From positions 310,001-374,000 of the IMG/VR virus record IMGVR_UViG_3300027899_000001: 64,000 nucleotides of DNA, one strand, 5' to 3'. Position 1 is the stretch's first letter. Every line of letters begins with the position of its first letter. Below are positions 19,472 through 27,902 of this stretch, one piece after another. Below the pieces are notes generated by a model that searched no databases, was not told the origin of the DNA, and saw only the letters and a list, made by a program, of their open reading frames with translations. The translations under genes were made by a program, and so were the position numbers.

Positions 19472-20085
19472 TTTATTATATTTAATATATTATCGTTATA
19501 TACTTCTAAATAATGTAATTCTATAATTTTCCATCCCTCGTTTTCAATTAAATTATGTCTATTTTGATAATAGGGTTTTAATGTTTTATTTTTATAATAA
19601 TGTTGATTGCCATTAACTTCTATTCCTAATTTTAATTCAGGAAACGCTATATCTATTGAAAAATATCTATTTGGAAATAATGGTTGATATTCTTCTTCGA
19701 ATGTTATCTTATTTTTCTTTAATATATCTTTTAAGTATTCACATGGTATCGAAATAAACTTTGTATTTTTTCTCCAGGGATGTTTTTCGGGGTTTTCTAA
19801 TAAATACTGTTTTCTTTTATTAGACATTTGAATTTTTGTTTTTTCACTGTGGGTTTTTCCTTTATATGAAGGAGAATGTACTTTAATTCTTTTTTCTTTA
19901 TATGATTTTGATAAAGTGTTTGCTTGTTTTTTTCTCTGCTCCGGTGTTATAGTAGATCTTACATAATTAAGGCCATTCACGTATATATTATATTTAGGAT
20001 TTAATTTACACCATCTACTATGATTAGCTTTTTGAGATATTGTTAAATTTTCAAATTTTTTATTACAGTATTTACAAGATGTCAT
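19459..20085 (-). CDS. Free-standing DUF559/Vsr-like endonuclease
   Basis: FSIDIAFPELKLGIEVNGNQHY. Confidence 0.75.
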   Translation of the reverse strand: MTSCKYCNKKFENLTISQKANHSRWCKLNPKYNIYVNGLNYVRSTITPEQRKKQANTLSKSYKEKRIKVHSPSYKGKTHSEKTKIQMSNKRKQYLLENPEKHPWRKNTKFISIPCEYLKDILKKNKITFEEEYQPLFPNRYFSIDIAFPELKLGIEVNGNQHYYKNKTLKPYYQNRHNLIENEGWKIIELHYLEVYNDNILNIIKCVL

Positions 20086-20133
20086 AGTTTATTATATATA
20101 TTCATGGATAAAATATGAGATTTATATATTTAG

Positions 20134-20208
20134 AGCCCTGGAAGGGATTCGAACCCTCATCGTTCCGTTACATTACTACAGCTTAGAAGACTGCTATGAT
20201 ACCAGGGC
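20134..20208 (-). tRNA. D-armless tRNA-like RNA, anticodon TCT (Arg-AGA?)
   Basis: Acceptor GCCCTGG/CCAGGGC, loop CT-TCT-AA right after acceptor, perfect T-arm. Confidence 0.6.
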
Positions 20209-20298
20209 AAATTTTGTATCATATGTGATACTTTGGAGTGAAAAACTACCATTAGTGTATCATATATAATTCATTAGTATCATAAAAGATACTTTTTG

Positions 20299-20373
20299 TA
20301 CGTCCCAAGGGATTCGAACCCTTAATCTCAAGTTTCGTAGACTTGTGCATTTATCCAGTTGTGCTAGGGACGT
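20299..20373 (-). tRNA. trnR-ACG: tRNA-Arg(ACG)
   Basis: CAAGT-CTACGAA-ACTTG. Confidence 0.9.
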
Positions 20374-20557
20374 ATTAATAATGTGAAAGTTTACAGTGAT
20401 TTTTTATATCCTGATAAATTCCAGATATAAAAAAATACATGAATAATGTTGGTGGTATAGTTATTCCTACAACGAAAATAAGAAACCAGAAAACTATTAT
20501 TATCATCAGAATTGCGAGTAATACGTTTATCATGGCAGTGTTTGTTTAATTATATAT

Positions 20558-21421
20558 TTATTTTTTTATTATCTTTAAAACTTGAATTATATTTCCTTTA
20601 CTATAATCAGTTATAAGTAATATGTATAAACCGGATTTATAATTTAACATATCTATTAATACTGTTTCGCTCATCATTTTTTCTTCATATAATAATGAAG
20701 CTTTTTGATCATATATTCTAAATACTATTCCTGTATTATCTTTTATTGATAAATTTAATTTATCAGTAACAGGATTAGGCCAAACATTAATATCAATTTT
20801 TATACTATCAACTGTAATAAATTCTTTAATAACAGGAATTAAAAGTAATTTTGTGCCATTTATTGTTTCAAATGTAACTTCATCTGACATTACATAATCT
20901 CTGCAATCTGCCTCTGTTATTTGGCCTTCGGTTAAAGAAAGAAATAAAGTTTTATTACTTCCTATTCCATTATAGATATTAAGCTTAAATTGAGTATCAA
21001 ATGTTGTAATAATAGGTTCAACAAATAAGTATTGTCCAGTAAATAAATCGCTCCCTAATTCAGCTTTTCTTAATGATGCATAATAAATCGTATCTACAGG
21101 ACCTTCATATTTGTATATAATTAAATTTGTATTTCCTGTAGTTTTAAATTCAAATGTTACTATATCATTTGGAAAACCAAAATTTATTATCTTAAAATCA
21201 TCTGGTTGTTTAAGACCATCCCAAACTCTCGCCGATAATAAAACCTTTGACCTGCAGATTATTCCTTGATTTTCATACCATGTACTATTTATTGTTCCTT
21301 CTGTTCCAAATCTTATTCTTCTAAAATTGGATTTATTACCTTTCAAAGAATCATATACAATATCTTGCGCAGATATTGATAAAGACAATAACCAAAAAAG
21401 AATAATAAGAAATACTTTCAC
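20558..21421 (-). CDS. Secreted protein with T9SS type-A C-terminal sorting domain
   Basis: Signal peptide; VWPNPVTDKL...IYDQKA...SGLYIL...KIIKK. Confidence 0.85.
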   Translation of the reverse strand: MKVFLIILFWLLSLSISAQDIVYDSLKGNKSNFRRIRFGTEGTINSTWYENQGIICRSKVLLSARVWDGLKQPDDFKIINFGFPNDIVTFEFKTTGNTNLIIYKYEGPVDTIYYASLRKAELGSDLFTGQYLFVEPIITTFDTQFKLNIYNGIGSNKTLFLSLTEGQITEADCRDYVMSDEVTFETINGTKLLLIPVIKEFITVDSIKIDINVWPNPVTDKLNLSIKDNTGIVFRIYDQKASLLYEEKMMSETVLIDMLNYKSGLYILLITDYSKGNIIQVLKIIKK

Positions 21422-21487
21422 ACATCGGAATAATTTTTAGTATATACTATATATTCCTATTTAAGTTTTCTTCCTAATAATGACACT

Positions 21488-21562
21488 GGGTGAAATATGG
21501 GATTCGAACCCATGCCTCATGATTCACAGTCATGCATGCTTACCACTAACACTAAAATCACC
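21488..21562 (-). tRNA. trnH-GTG: tRNA-His(GTG)
   Basis: CATGA-CTGTGAA-TCATG. Confidence 0.85.
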
Positions 21563-21742
21563 ATTTACTCTGTTTTTATAAAACGAATTTTGATTTCCTT
21601 TCCTTCTATATTAGATTTAAGATAAAGAAACATTTCTTCGCCTTCAATATTTTCATATACCATACTATTTTCAAAATTAAGATATGGTTTACCATCTACT
21701 TCTACAGCCGCTTTAATTTTTTCTTGTAATTTAACTTCCATA

Positions 21743-21976
21743 TTATTGTATCTGTATAAATTTTTCGTTTTCCATTCCTTTTCTTATCCATCTCATTAAA
21801 GTTATTGCTTTGAAAGTAGGATAAAGAAAAGTAGTTTTCCATTCATCTTCAGTAGAATCTATTTCTAATCGATAAACAGAATTTTCAACAACTATCGCAT
21901 AATATACTTTACCATCACATACGTGACTCATATGTGCTTCAGTTCCTTTAACTATTTCTTTTAATGTGTGTTTCAT
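21743..21976 (-). CDS. Hypothetical protein
   Basis: ORF track. Confidence 0.6.
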   Translation of the reverse strand: MKHTLKEIVKGTEAHMSHVCDGKVYYAIVVENSVYRLEIDSTEDEWKTTFLYPTFKAITLMRWIRKGMENEKFIQIQ

Positions 21977-21987
21977 ATTTTTATTTA

Positions 21988-22302
21988 TTAAAATAATTCA
22001 TTTCCTGTAAAGGGTATTAATAATTTAGGGCTAATATAATAAAAATTTCGTTTATAATCAGCATAATTTACTAAATTACATTGCCAATATATTTTTTCAG
22101 TTCTTCCAATTGGTTCAAGCCAATAATAATAAAATTGTTCATTGGTTAGTTCTATAGGAATCGATTGTTTAAAATGAGATTTTAATGGAAGAATAATATG
22201 TTCTTTTGTTAATTCTACATAATCTCCTCTTCCTCCATGAACTACTCTTTCATATCCTTTTGCGAAAAGAGTGCCATCTTTAAAATATAAATTCCTAATC
22301 AT
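21988..22302 (-). CDS. Hypothetical protein (start corrected to MIRNLY)
   Basis: The ORF-track N-terminus runs through tRNA-Met. Confidence 0.6.
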   Translation of the reverse strand: MIRNLYFKDGTLFAKGYERVVHGGRGDYVELTKEHIILPLKSHFKQSIPIELTNEQFYYYWLEPIGRTEKIYWQCNLVNYADYKRNFYYISPKLLIPFTGNELF

Positions 22303-22322
22303 ATGTATTATATGAAATTTTG

Positions 22323-22395
22323 TAGCGGGTACTGGTTTCGAACCTGCGACCTTTGGGTTATGACTCCAACGCTCTGCCAACTGAGCTAACCCGCC
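22323..22395 (-). tRNA. trnM-CAT: tRNA with CAT anticodon (elongator Met or Ile2)
   Basis: Canonical cloverleaf, loop GT-CAT-AA. Confidence 0.85.
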
Positions 22396-23116
22396 ATTTT
22401 ATAAACTTATTAAATTCTTTTTCAACAAACATTTTATCATATCTGCCCATATCTTTTATTATATAAGGAATGTAACCCATATCTTTAATTTGTTTAATTT
22501 TAATTTTATCTCTATTTTGAACTTGTTCTACCGAATGTTTTTTATTTATTTTTTCATAATGCCATTTTCCATTCCAAAGTACAGCAACTTTAATATCTTC
22601 TATAATTATATCTGCATCCCAACCATTAAACATTTGTTCATTTGTTAAAACTTTAATAAAATTTTGTATACATAAATTTGCAAAATATATTTCATTTTTA
22701 CTTCTTCTACTTTTAGATTGTAATTCTGCAGATTTTAAACCGCTTATACGATAAATATTTGATAAACATTCTTTTGAGCAACATTTTCTTCTTTTACGAT
22801 ATTCACATGTAAACTCCTTTCCACAGTTTTTACAAATACAAGAATAAATTTTCTTTTTTCGGTTTTTTCTTGCGCATGATACTGAACAACATATTTTATC
22901 TCTTCCATTCCATGGCACAATAAATATTTTTTTACATTGAGGGCATATTTTTTTAACTGCTGGATGCGCATTTTCATGAATAGCTTTACTTACTTTAGCA
23001 TTTATTTCTTTTCTTTTAGCTTTCGTACTAAATCCTCTTGCACATTTGCTTGAACAAAATCTTCCTGAACCGTATGTTCCTTGTTGTTCTTTTCCACAAT
23101 TTTCACAAATTTTCAT
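22358..23116 (-). CDS. Free-standing endonuclease (Cys repeats plus PD-(D/E)xK); 3' end overlaps tRNA-Met
   Basis: FCSSKCA; WDADII...WNGKWHY; C-terminus WRVSSVGRALES read from tRNA. Confidence 0.75.
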   Translation of the reverse strand: MKICENCGKEQQGTYGSGRFCSSKCARGFSTKAKRKEINAKVSKAIHENAHPAVKKICPQCKKIFIVPWNGRDKICCSVSCARKNRKKKIYSCICKNCGKEFTCEYRKRRKCCSKECLSNIYRISGLKSAELQSKSRRSKNEIYFANLCIQNFIKVLTNEQMFNGWDADIIIEDIKVAVLWNGKWHYEKINKKHSVEQVQNRDKIKIKQIKDMGYIPYIIKDMGRYDKMFVEKEFNKFIKWRVSSVGRALES

Positions 23117-23224
23117 TGTTTATTTATTATATGTATAAACAATATAAAAGTTTTGAACTTGTGCATTTGTAGTGGACACCGGTACTGTACTGAAGTGAAA
23201 CCAACGCACTCTTTGCATTTAATT

Positions 23225-23299
23225 TGGTGGCGGGAGGGGGAGTTGAACCCCCAACTAGAGCTTATGAAACTCTCGAGATGCCGATTTCTCTATCCCACA
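23225..23299 (-). tRNA. trnM-CAT: tRNA with CAT anticodon, 1:72 mismatch
   Basis: AGAGT-TTCATAA-GCTCT, encoded CCA. Confidence 0.75.
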
Positions 23300-23302
23300 G
23301 TG

Positions 23303-23387
23303 TGGAAGGTAAGGGATTCGAACCCATGTGAACTATTCGCCTCTTGCTTGTAAAGCAAGTGCTCTGAACCAGCTGAGCTAACCTTCC
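23303..23387 (-). tRNA. trnV-TAC: tRNA-Val(TAC) with long variable arm
   Basis: CTTGC-TTTACAA-GCAAG then AGGCGAATAGTTCAC extra arm. Confidence 0.8.
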
Positions 23388-23395
23388 ATAAAAAG

Positions 23396-23468
23396 TGATC
23401 CCGGAGGGGCTCGAACCCTCGACTCCAACATTAAAAGTGTTGTACTCTGCCAACTGAGTTACGAAATC
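23396..23468 (-). tRNA. trnK-TTT: tRNA-Lys(TTT)
   Basis: CAACA-CTTTTAA-TGTTG. Confidence 0.9.
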
Positions 23469-23470
23469 AG

Positions 23471-23550
23471 ATAGATAAGTAGGCAAACCGAATGTTCCCA
23501 ATGTAGGGAGGCTATATATGCCCTTTAAGCTCGAAACGGAACTTATCTAT
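23471..23550 (-). ncRNA. Unidentified 80-nt multibranch RNA
   Basis: 10-bp terminal stem ATAGATAAGT/ACTTATCTAT enclosing GGC/GCC and TCCC/GGGA hairpins. Confidence 0.35.
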
Positions 23551-23553
23551 TTG

Positions 23554-23632
23554 TGGGCAGAATGGGATTCGAACCCACATTTTCAACCAAATTACCTTGG
23601 TCGTGTGTATCAGACACGCTGGATATCTGTCC
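23554..23632 (-). tRNA. D-armless tRNA-like RNA, anticodon GAT (Ile)
   Basis: Acceptor GGACAGA/TCTGCCC; CGTGT-CTGATAC-ACACG; extra arm GACCAA-GGTAAT-TTGGTT; T-arm. Confidence 0.65.
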
Positions 23633-23641
23633 TAAAATTTG

Positions 23642-23726
23642 CGTTTGGTGAAGGATTCGAACCTTCGATCGGATTTCTCTCGACGGATTAACAGTCCGTT
23701 GTCGTGGGCCACTTGACTAACCAAAC
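23642..23726 (-). tRNA. trnN-GTT: tRNA-Asn(GTT) on Tyr-like class II body
   Basis: ACGGA-CTGTTAA-TCCGT, long V-arm, G73. Confidence 0.8.
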
Positions 23727-23734
23727 TTAATTTG

Positions 23735-23810
23735 CGGGCGATAAGGGATTCGAACCCTCCTGATCTCCGAAGTGACAGTCCGGCGTCCACGCCAAGCAGA
23801 CCCATCGCCC
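23735..23810 (-). tRNA. trnD-GTC: tRNA-Asp(GTC)
   Basis: CCGGA-CTGTCAC-TTCGG. Confidence 0.85.
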
Positions 23811-23918
23811 TGGTATAGTAAGACTTGGGATCTTACTATCTTTGACCTTTATTCAAGAACGCACTCTTTATAATTTCCCAAATCATGTGTTCCAGACTTT
23901 CGATTTAATAAAGGACTG

Positions 23919-23994
23919 TTCCCCTGATGGGAGTCGAACCCACATACAAACCCTCATTAAGAGTGAGGACCGGCGCCATTACGGATACAGAGGA
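23919..23994 (-). tRNA. trnK-CTT: tRNA-Lys(CTT)
   Basis: CCTCA-CTCTTAA-TGAGG. Confidence 0.8.
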
Positions 23995-24788
23995 GGATAT
24001 TTTTTATTCCAATTTTCTATTTTTTCTTGTAATTCTGTTAATGTCAAAGAACATTTTTTGTATTTACTTATATTATCATTATGTCTCATTAACTTACAAT
24101 TTGCAGGATGACTTATTAATTTAGGATCTACATTTTGTAAAAATCCTTCCTTTATAGAAAACATATGATCTCTACTTATGCCATTTAGATTATCTCCACG
24201 ATTTTTTGCTTTATACCATCCGTACTGTTCTACTAAAGAAAAATCAAATTCGTTAGGATATTCATTTAATGAAAAATTAAATTGACAAGCTAATCGATAT
24301 CTTTGATAATTTGTGTAATCTTTTATTAAATATTCATGTCTGCATTCTTTACAACAGTATTTTCTTATTTTTCCTTCTATTTTTTTATTACAGTTAATAC
24401 AAAAACTATATGTATCTTCTTTTAAATTTATTTTTCTATTTTTATTATTAACAAATCCTACTATTTCTCCTCTTCTAATTTTATCTTTAACAATTTTACT
24501 AAAATTCTTTTTTGATTCTTCTGTTCTTATATGTGTATTTGCACAAATTCTAGAACAATAATACTTTTCTTTTTTAGGTTTATCTGTATTACATTCTTTT
24601 ATTATTATTTCTTTATTACATTTACAACAATTTACATTAAATGAATTCCATTTATTTTCAAAATGTTCTTTACTTTTTTTTCGGGTTTCATCATTTTTAA
24701 AAAGATATCCTTTGTGTTCCCATCTATGATGATTTGCTTTTGCTTGAAAAGTTTCAAATTCTAAATTACATTCTCCACATTTATACAT
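23979..24788 (-). CDS. Free-standing HNH-type endonuclease; stop inside tRNA-Lys
   Basis: Cys repeats; ISRDHMFS...NCKLMRHNDNISK. Confidence 0.75.
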   Translation of the reverse strand: MYKCGECNLEFETFQAKANHHRWEHKGYLFKNDETRKKSKEHFENKWNSFNVNCCKCNKEIIIKECNTDKPKKEKYYCSRICANTHIRTEESKKNFSKIVKDKIRRGEIVGFVNNKNRKINLKEDTYSFCINCNKKIEGKIRKYCCKECRHEYLIKDYTNYQRYRLACQFNFSLNEYPNEFDFSLVEQYGWYKAKNRGDNLNGISRDHMFSIKEGFLQNVDPKLISHPANCKLMRHNDNISKYKKCSLTLTELQEKIENWNKKYPPLYP

Positions 24789-24858
24789 AATAGTTTTATT
24801 TTATATATTCATGTGGAGAACATAATTATTGAATTCGTGTGTTAAATTTTTGTTAAAG

Positions 24859-24931
24859 TGGAACCATCCGGCTTCGAACCGGAGACTGGTGCTTGCAGGG
24901 CACCTGTGTTTGCCAGCTATACCATGATCCC
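24859..24931 (-). tRNA. trnA-TGC: tRNA-Ala(TGC)
   Basis: G3:U70, GGTGC-CCTGCAA-GCACC. Confidence 0.9.
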
Positions 24932-24937
24932 TTTTTG

Positions 24938-25020
24938 CACGTAAGGTAGGATTCGAACCCACGAACTCTTTCGAGGCTGGTTTTGGAGACCAGTGCCTTT
25001 AACCACTCGGCAACTTACGC
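24938..25020 (-). tRNA. trnW-CCA: tRNA-Trp(CCA) with long variable arm
   Basis: CTGGT-CTCCAAA-ACCAG plus CTC-GAAA-GAG arm, Ser/Leu-type D-arm, G73. Confidence 0.8.
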
Positions 25021-25026
25021 ATTTTG

Positions 25027-25102
25027 CGATCCGTAGGGGTATCGAACCCCTTGTTTTACTTGGGTGACAGCCAAGTTCTTCATCCTCAAAGCCTAACGGA
25101 CC
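25027..25102 (-). tRNA. trnD-GTC: tRNA-Asp(GTC), second copy
   Basis: CTTGG-CTGTCAC-CCAAG. Confidence 0.75.
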
Positions 25103-25111
25103 ATTTAAATT

Positions 25112-25804
25112 TTAATTATTATTTTTAAAATATATTTGTTCATATTTTTTTATATCATTTAGAAATATAATTTCTACATTATTATAATGAGATAAAATAT
25201 ACTTCATTTTAATTTTATCTTTATTACTATACCAACCTTTTACTTCAAAAAATTTTTGTAAATTTGGACACCAGAAATCAGGAAAATATAAATGTTCTTT
25301 TTTATTATCATCAATCCAAATTAAATTTAAATTATCTTTATATGAAACAGGTTTTACCCAATCTTTATCTAGATAATTTAAAATTTCTGCAAATCGTTTT
25401 TCATATGTTCCTTGAACTTTAACTATAGTTCCATCTAATTTTTTAGTTTCGTACCATTTACATCTTCTACTGCCTCCACTAGCATGCTTACCCCCACCCC
25501 CTTTATTATTTTTAGAAATTTGTTCCTTTGCTATTTGTGTATGCTTATATAAACTTTTTCTACCTTTTATGGGTGAAATTTTACCTTTATTTGGATGCCA
25601 ATTTTTTCCTTTTTCTGTATGACAAGCCCATATATGAAATTTTACATTTTTAAATTCTTTATTACAATATGGACATTGTTTTATAAATTTTTCTTTTTTT
25701 ACTTTTACTTTTATTATTCCACATTTATCATAATGTTTTTTAAAATTTGATATACTAATTTCTTTGTTACATTTATCACAAACTTTTTTAGTTCTTGATT
25801 TCAT
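25112..25804 (-). CDS. Free-standing PD-(D/E)xK endonuclease (paralog of 50256..50921)
   Basis: VQGTYEKRFA...YFPDFWCPNLQKFFEVKG. Confidence 0.75.
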   Translation of the reverse strand: MKSRTKKVCDKCNKEISISNFKKHYDKCGIIKVKVKKEKFIKQCPYCNKEFKNVKFHIWACHTEKGKNWHPNKGKISPIKGRKSLYKHTQIAKEQISKNNKGGGGKHASGGSRRCKWYETKKLDGTIVKVQGTYEKRFAEILNYLDKDWVKPVSYKDNLNLIWIDDNKKEHLYFPDFWCPNLQKFFEVKGWYSNKDKIKMKYILSHYNNVEIIFLNDIKKYEQIYFKNNN

Positions 25805-25892
25805 ATGAATTATTTTTTATTTATTATATTCATATTAACTCTTTTAGTTTTGCTACTTTTAAAAGTAACTCCATTCCATTACTACTACTTAG

Positions 25893-25964
25893 TGCGGATA
25901 GAGGTAATCGAAACCTCATCTTAAGTTTGGAAGACTTGTACACTAGCCATTGTGCTATACCCGC
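25893..25964 (-). tRNA. trnG-TCC: tRNA-Gly(TCC), second copy
   Basis: CAAGT-CTTCCAA-ACTTA. Confidence 0.85.
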
Positions 25965-25969
25965 ATGAT

Positions 25970-26082
25970 ACTGAGAAAATTTAGAAGAATAAATTGCCGC
26001 GCCATTGCGGCTATTTCCCCTTATTATTATTTGGCGGGGAAATTCAGAATCGAACCGATGTAATTCTTACAGTTACTACAGT
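25970..26082 (-). ncRNA. YrlA-type Y RNA (Ro-binding stem plus permuted tRNA-like domain)
   Basis: ACTG-T-AG/CT-CAGT ends; T-arm TCGG-TTCGATT-CTGA; loop-closed acceptor TTTCCCC-GCCA..GGGGAAA; D-like arm GCCGC..GCGGC. Confidence 0.8.
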
Positions 26083-26087
26083 ATTTG

Positions 26088-26160
26088 TGACCCCACCCAG
26101 AGTCGAACTGGGACAACTTGCTTAAAAGGCAAGGATTCTATCCATTGAAATTATGAGGTC
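26088..26160 (-). tRNA. trnK-TTT: tRNA-Lys(TTT), second copy
   Basis: CTTGC-CTTTTAA-GCAAG. Confidence 0.85.
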
Positions 26161-26201
26161 AATTGCCAACATGTCAAAGATCGTTGTTCTAAGTAGAACG
26201 T

Positions 26202-26235
26202 AAAAAAGCGGGAACTTTTGAGGAACCCGCTTTTT
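26202..26235 (-). terminator. Intrinsic terminator (attenuator of tRNA array 2)
   Basis: AAAAAGCGGG...CCCGCTTTTTT. Confidence 0.8.
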
Positions 26236-26253
26236 AGATTATTATGATTGTCT

Positions 26254-26361
26254 TTATTTACCAATCAAATATATCATATATACTGCGGGCGTAAGTTTTC
26301 CTCTAATGCCATTATCATTAGCATTCCAGTTGTTCACCATATGTTTCGCCATGCGTATCAT
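26254..26361 (-). promoter_or_regulatory. Leader peptide MIRMAKHMVNNWNANDNGIRGKLTPAVYMIYLIGK (attenuator 2)
   Basis: 35-codon ORF upstream of terminator; composition mirrors array 2. Confidence 0.75.
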
Positions 26362-26566
26362 TTTCTGCGTTGTTTAATTTATTATTTTATTTATATATAT
26401 TAGCAAAGTTTTAATTTTTTACCACTAAATGCAAATTATTTATTTTTTTTCTTACTAATTTTATACATTGTAAATAGAAAAGTAAATGCTAACAAAATAA
26501 CTCCTAATTCAAATATAAATACTTTCCAAAATATTATAGTATCGTTCATAACATTTAATTTAGAGT

Positions 26567-26604
26567 GTAAATATAATACTAATTTCTGAATTAAAAAAAT
26601 ATTT
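26567..26604 (-). promoter_or_regulatory. Representative copy of the recurring promoter AAATATTTTTTT..TCAGAAAT-N4-TTATATTTAC
   Basis: TATATTTAC/TATATTTGC core seen at about 1675, 2817, 7122, 13295, 15647, 18360, 26567, 27853, 33683, 39063, 39712, 47245, 51163, 57731, 63814. Confidence 0.7.
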
Positions 26605-26610
26605 TATCAA

Positions 26611-27210
26611 TTATTTTCTAATAATATGATTATTTATTTTTTGAGGCATAGCTGCTTCTATTAGTTTATCTGAAAATTGAATATTAGGACATTTCTTTTG
26701 CGCTTTTTCAAGAAATACTTTATACTCGTTTATATATTTTTTATAGTTCGCGTATACATAAATTAATCTATTGCTTTCTCCAATTGCTATTGTATTTGAG
26801 TCTCCTACTCTTTGAACAGTTAAAAATTTAGATTTTGTAGGAAGAACTGTAGTCCAATTTTTATTTGTTTCTTGTAGTACTAATTGTTCAGCTTTTAACA
26901 CTGAAAGAATATCATTGTGAATATTATTAGGTCTAAATTCTAAAAATAAATCTCCGTTTTCTATTATTACTCCTCTAACATCTTTTCCAAAATTGGTTAA
27001 ATATTCTGGATTTCTCCATATTATAAAATCTTCATTTCTATAAAAAGGTTTTTTATCTCCTTTAAGTTTTTGTTTTTCTTGTTCTTCTTTATACTTTTTT
27101 TCAAATTCTTCATGTTCTCTTGGAACTCTTGATAAATTAGAATCTTGAGCAATAAACTTATCTGATATACTCTCTTCTATTTTAATATTTTCACGAACAA
27201 TCTTTAACAT
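26611..27210 (-). CDS. Hypothetical protein with KIVRE-type N-terminus
   Basis: ORF track. Confidence 0.65.
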   Translation of the reverse strand: MLKIVRENIKIEESISDKFIAQDSNLSRVPREHEEFEKKYKEEQEKQKLKGDKKPFYRNEDFIIWRNPEYLTNFGKDVRGVIIENGDLFLEFRPNNIHNDILSVLKAEQLVLQETNKNWTTVLPTKSKFLTVQRVGDSNTIAIGESNRLIYVYANYKKYINEYKVFLEKAQKKCPNIQFSDKLIEAAMPQKINNHIIRK

Positions 27211-27225
27211 TTTTAATTTATATAT

Positions 27226-27435
27226 TCAATTTAAACCTATAGCAGTGAAACCTATTAGATAAGTATTATACACTTTAAATATATGATATTCTTTTTTAAC
27301 AGCTTGATATTGAGCATATGCTTCAAGAGATATAAATTCATTAATAGTTACTTTAGCCTGATCAAAACAATATAACAATACATGATGCTGTCCAAGAGCT
27401 GCTGCATAAGTTGCAAAAATTTCTTTCTTTTTCAT
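27226..27435 (-). CDS. Hypothetical protein (start corrected to MKKKEIF)
   Basis: ORF track, trimmed to 4-nt overlap. Confidence 0.5.
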   Translation of the reverse strand: MKKKEIFATYAAALGQHHVLLYCFDQAKVTINEFISLEAYAQYQAVKKEYHIFKVYNTYLIGFTAIGLN

Positions 27436-27812
27436 AATAAATCTATCATTTCTTGAGTTAGTGTTCCTTGTAATAATGTACAATTTGCAGGAGACCCCCA
27501 ATATTCAATTTTATCTACTTCATAAAATCCTATTCTTTTGAACATTGAAGCTAATTTTTTAGTTATAGAAGCTGCTTGTAATAAAGTTTCAGGAGGAAAA
27601 TAAGAAAGTAACTGTTTTAACATTAATTTAAATTTTCCAGTTCCTCTATATTCTTTAAAAACTATACTTCCATTAAGAATAACCAAACCATTTGGATATT
27701 CTTTATTTATAATATAAAAATAGTCTATATTACCATATTGTGTTTCAAATATATGTGGCGTGAAGATCACCTCGTTATCATCGAGTGATTCTCTGACTAC
27801 TTTAGTATCCAT
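27432..27812 (-). CDS. GNAT-like acetyltransferase
   Basis: VFKEYRGTGKFK acetyl-CoA motif, MFKRIGF. Confidence 0.6.
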   Translation of the reverse strand: MDTKVVRESLDDNEVIFTPHIFETQYGNIDYFYIINKEYPNGLVILNGSIVFKEYRGTGKFKLMLKQLLSYFPPETLLQAASITKKLASMFKRIGFYEVDKIEYWGSPANCTLLQGTLTQEMIDLL

Positions 27813-27902
27813 CTTATATGGTTATATTAAAATTTATTTATGTTCTTAGAGAGTAAATATAATAAAATTTTTTGATATAAAAAAATATTTTATCAATTAT
27901 TT

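Noticed and set aside
20172-20182. Y-RNA 5' motif CTGTAGTAA inside the D-armless Arg-like RNA
   Set aside because: No matching TTCTCAG partner; overlaps the anticodon stem, probably coincidence.
23161-23220. GC-richer spacer with TTGTAGTGGA on the plus strand
   Set aside because: No convincing tRNA or Y-RNA fold on either strand.
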